Below, in pieces: positions 24,364 to 27,115 of a stretch of DNA of 27,115 bases. The position numbers and the translations under genes are program-made. How positions within the stretch are numbered: the first letter of the stretch is position 1; each line of letters starts with the position of its first letter. This DNA is from Bdellovibrionota bacterium (GTDB taxonomy: Bacteria > Bdellovibrionota_C > UBA2361 > JBGSMV01): assembly GCA_044356455.1 (NCBI GenBank), contig JBIKWF010000057.1, positions 1 through 27,115 on the forward strand, given 5' to 3'. Under the pieces are notes generated by a model. The model had not been told where the DNA came from. It made no database searches and was given only the letters and a program-made list of their open reading frames with translations.

Positions 24364-26013
24364 ATGAACCCATCAATTAGTTCACTTTCCGCCCAGGGGG
24401 CGGTTAATCATATAAACGCTATTCGCCAAGAACCGCTTGTTATTGGAATCATCGGACCTTGGGGGGCAGGAAAGACCACTATCATCAATGACCTTGAGCG
24501 TCGTTATTCGCCGGACCCAGATCGCGTGGCAATTATTTTCGCTGAATTCGGCGAGGAGAATGTTGATGCCGCACGCATAAATGGACGTAAGGTTGTAGAA
24601 GTAAAAGATCGCTGCATCTGCTGTCACGGCGCTGAGGCCTTAGCGAGTGCGATTCAATCGCTCCGATCGAGCACTGATCTTATTCTCGTTGAGACCTCAG
24701 GAGTTTCAAACGGCGGCAACGTACGAAATGTTTTCGATAGTCTTGGGCTTAAATTCTCCATGTTGGGAGTAGTTAATAGTGCCGATTTTGCGCCAGATGA
24801 TACTGAGATCCTTGATAGTCAGCTCCCAGCTAGTGACGCCGTCGTTTTGACGCATCATTACTGGCTTGGGGAAGAGCCCTCCTTAGCAGATCCGCGGATT
24901 GATCCATTGAGGCGATATGTAAAGGAAACTTGCGGGCGTGAGCCGGACGACTTTTCCTCAAGCTCTTTTGGATTAAAGCCTGAAACGTTCGAAGCATTAG
25001 TTTCACGATCAAGCCTACCGGTTGTTCGTTCTCCAGAGGAAATTGAAGCAAGATTGAAGCGTTCAGCCGCCACTCGCCACAATCAAGTTCTTTTAACGCT
25101 CGTCTTGCATGAGAATTGCGACGCCTCGACCCTAGAGCAGGCTCTTCGAGAGAGCGGTGCAAGAGTAAAGCGCGCGAAAGGTGTAGTTCGTGATGAGCAT
25201 GGAGGAATGCGAGAGTTCGATTTCGTCCCCGGTAGAAGTGAGACGGATAGTGAGTTGCGGGCTATGAATTTTATTCTGCAACCTAATCAGAGTCGCTCCT
25301 CGCTATTTCGCGGCAGGCCGCATGCAGTTCTTTGCTCCCTCGACCGACTTGGGGGCCTCTCCTATGAGCAATTTCTCTCAATAGGCCTGCCTGACCTATC
25401 GGAGACAAAATTACAAAGAGCGTTCTCACGCTATCCAGCTCACGAAGCAATGCTCGCTAAGGGAAAAGCGTTCCCCGTCTATAATAAGGAAGGAGACAGG
25501 TTTTATGGACTTCTCTACCCGATTAAGGACGCTCTTTCGCAGATTCCGACTGACAGCGGTCGATCTCTCGTAGTTGAAAGTTGGAGGAGAACGCTACATG
25601 AGTATCTCTCTTGGCGCACACGGGGGCTAGAACTTTTGTCCAGAGAGTACGCCGGCGACGTCAAGTATAGTGAGCCGACCAATCTTTTGGCCCTAAATCT
25701 TCTCTGGCATCTCTTAAACTGTGCAGACGACATCTCTCCTGATCTCCGAGAGGACATCGCTAAACAAAAGCCAGCCACCGCGTTCTTTACAAGCTGCCGG
25801 GGTCTAACAACACCGCCTGAATCTGGCCAGAGTACAGAATTGTCAGACGATACCTTTGAAATGCTTATCCAGTTTGCCAGGTATGCCATTGATGCCGAAA
25901 AGCTAGACCGAGGAGTAATCGTCGATGCGCTAAATCATGCTCAAGCTTGTGATGCCTCAGGGACCTGGGGGACGAAGGGCGAAGAATTGAAAGGACGGAT
26001 CTGCGCTCTGTAA
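24364..26013 (+). CDS. atypical COG0523/CobW-family P-loop GTPase with long C-terminal extension
   Basis: GPWGAGKTT, AEFG, CICC, VETSG, RAKG; G4 region reads VVLTHHY; alternative start GTG 24310. Confidence 0.8.
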   Translation: MNPSISSLSAQGAVNHINAIRQEPLVIGIIGPWGAGKTTIINDLERRYSPDPDRVAIIFAEFGEENVDAARINGRKVVEVKDRCICCHGAEALASAIQSLRSSTDLILVETSGVSNGGNVRNVFDSLGLKFSMLGVVNSADFAPDDTEILDSQLPASDAVVLTHHYWLGEEPSLADPRIDPLRRYVKETCGREPDDFSSSSFGLKPETFEALVSRSSLPVVRSPEEIEARLKRSAATRHNQVLLTLVLHENCDASTLEQALRESGARVKRAKGVVRDEHGGMREFDFVPGRSETDSELRAMNFILQPNQSRSSLFRGRPHAVLCSLDRLGGLSYEQFLSIGLPDLSETKLQRAFSRYPAHEAMLAKGKAFPVYNKEGDRFYGLLYPIKDALSQIPTDSGRSLVVESWRRTLHEYLSWRTRGLELLSREYAGDVKYSEPTNLLALNLLWHLLNCADDISPDLREDIAKQKPATAFFTSCRGLTTPPESGQSTELSDDTFEMLIQFARYAIDAEKLDRGVIVDALNHAQACDASGTWGTKGEELKGRICAL

Positions 26014-26074
26014 AGTCTAGATTGAGATATCATTGTTAACAGAAAGAGCCGTTGGAAATTAAGGGGAAGAGGAA

Positions 26075-27115
26075 ATGAAAAAGCGCTTGCCGGTAACTGT
26101 TCTGTCAGGATTTCTCGGTGCGGGTAAGACCACGGTTTTAAATCATGTGCTCTCGAATCGCGAGGGGCTTAGAGTAGCGGTAATCGTTAACGACATGAGT
26201 GAAGTGAATATCGATGTTCAGCTTGTCGAACGTGGAGAAGCTCATCTTGATAGAAGTGAAGAAAAGCTCGTTGAAATGTCAAATGGCTGTATCTGTTGCA
26301 CGCTGCGCGAAGATCTTATGGAGCAGGTTGCTGAGCTAGCCAAAGCTAACAAGTATGATTACCTCCTGATTGAGTCCACGGGAATCGGCGAGCCCATGCC
26401 GGTAGCGGCTACCTTTGCCTATGAGGACGAAGATGGCCAAAGCCTCTCGCGAGTTGCGCGGCTCGACACGATGGTTACGGTAGTAGATGCAGCGAACTTC
26501 TTCTCTCATATTGAATCAAGCGACGACCTTCGTAAGCTCGGAATTGCCGTCGATGAGACAGACGACCGAACAATCGTTGATCTGCTAATTGATCAGGTGG
26601 AATTTGCCAATGTGATTCTGCTGAATAAGACAGACCTGATCCAGGAGACACAACTCAAAACTTTAGAAGCTATACTCCATAAGCTGAATCCTGATGCGAA
26701 GATTATCCGTACTGCGTTCGGCCAAATCCCAGCGAGGGAGGTCCTAGATACTAAGCTATTTAACTATGAAAAGGCTTCGCAGAGCCCGGGCTGGGTTAAA
26801 GAGCTTCGAGGGGATCACACTCCTGAAACAGAGGAATACGGGATTCGCAGTTTCGTTTATCGAAGAGATCGACCATTTCACCCAGAGCGGTTCTCGCAGT
26901 GCCTTCAATCGGAGTGGCCGGGAGTCGTGAGGTCGAAAGGGTTCTTTTGGTTAGCATCGAGACCGAGGCTTGCAGGGTCTTGGTCTCAAGCAGGTGGCTC
27001 CTGTCGTTCCGAGCCAGCGGGTTTTTGGGCTGCACAGGGGCCGGATGGAAAGGTAATTTCTTCAGAAGATGCTCCTGTTACAGGGAAACAGGAGCTGGTG
27101 CTTATCGGAATTGAT
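26075..27115 (+). CDS. COG0523 zinc metallochaperone GTPase (ZigA/YciC-like), 3' partial; absent from the ORF track
   Basis: Manual translation [98 protein letters not shown], running off the window end. Confidence 0.95.
   Translation, partial: MKKRLPVTVLSGFLGAGKTTVLNHVLSNREGLRVAVIVNDMSEVNIDVQLVERGEAHLDRSEEKLVEMSNGCICCTLREDLMEQVAELAKANKYDYLLIESTGIGEPMPVAATFAYEDEDGQSLSRVARLDTMVTVVDAANFFSHIESSDDLRKLGIAVDETDDRTIVDLLIDQVEFANVILLNKTDLIQETQLKTLEAILHKLNPDAKIIRTAFGQIPAREVLDTKLFNYEKASQSPGWVKELRGDHTPETEEYGIRSFVYRRDRPFHPERFSQCLQSEWPGVVRSKGFFWLASRPRLAGSWSQAGGSCRSEPAGFWAAQGPDGKVISSEDAPVTGKQELVLIGID

Noticed and set aside
26796..27114. Short ORFs listed at the window end
   Set aside because: They overlap the real COG0523 gene starting at 26075 that the track omitted.

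Overview
Bacterial chromosomal window; taxonomy cannot be fixed from sequence alone. The left third is housekeeping (ftsW, murG, trkH/trkA, aspS, slyX, DoxX), with intergenic spaces full of GTAG-type REPs, 9-bp-periodic inverted repeats and a small CTAG-flanked MITE. The main observation is an intronless tRNA-Leu(UAA) gene split at its anticodon loop: the 5' half is at 10066-10103 and the 3' half at 19673-19724, each with ACTTAAAA, and their acceptor stems pair only with each other. The ~9.6 kb element between them has no recognisable integrase and does not rebuild the target tRNA. Instead it carries a second, complete tRNA-Leu(UAA) with a 348-nt group I intron inside the same ACTT^AAAA core. 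Other cargo: a coupled AbiEi-AbiEii-metallophosphoesterase triad, a RegB/RegA-like pair with RegA-type boxes upstream of Cys-rich orphan genes, and a Y4yA-like PLP enzyme plus CysK-rhodanese fusion. Just outside the element is a paralogous, convergent three-gene PLP operon. Its promoter is overlapped by a Zur-like palindrome and diverges from two COG0523 GTPases, and a Fur-family gene remnant lies nearby. This is a candidate undescribed zinc-starvation biosynthetic pathway.
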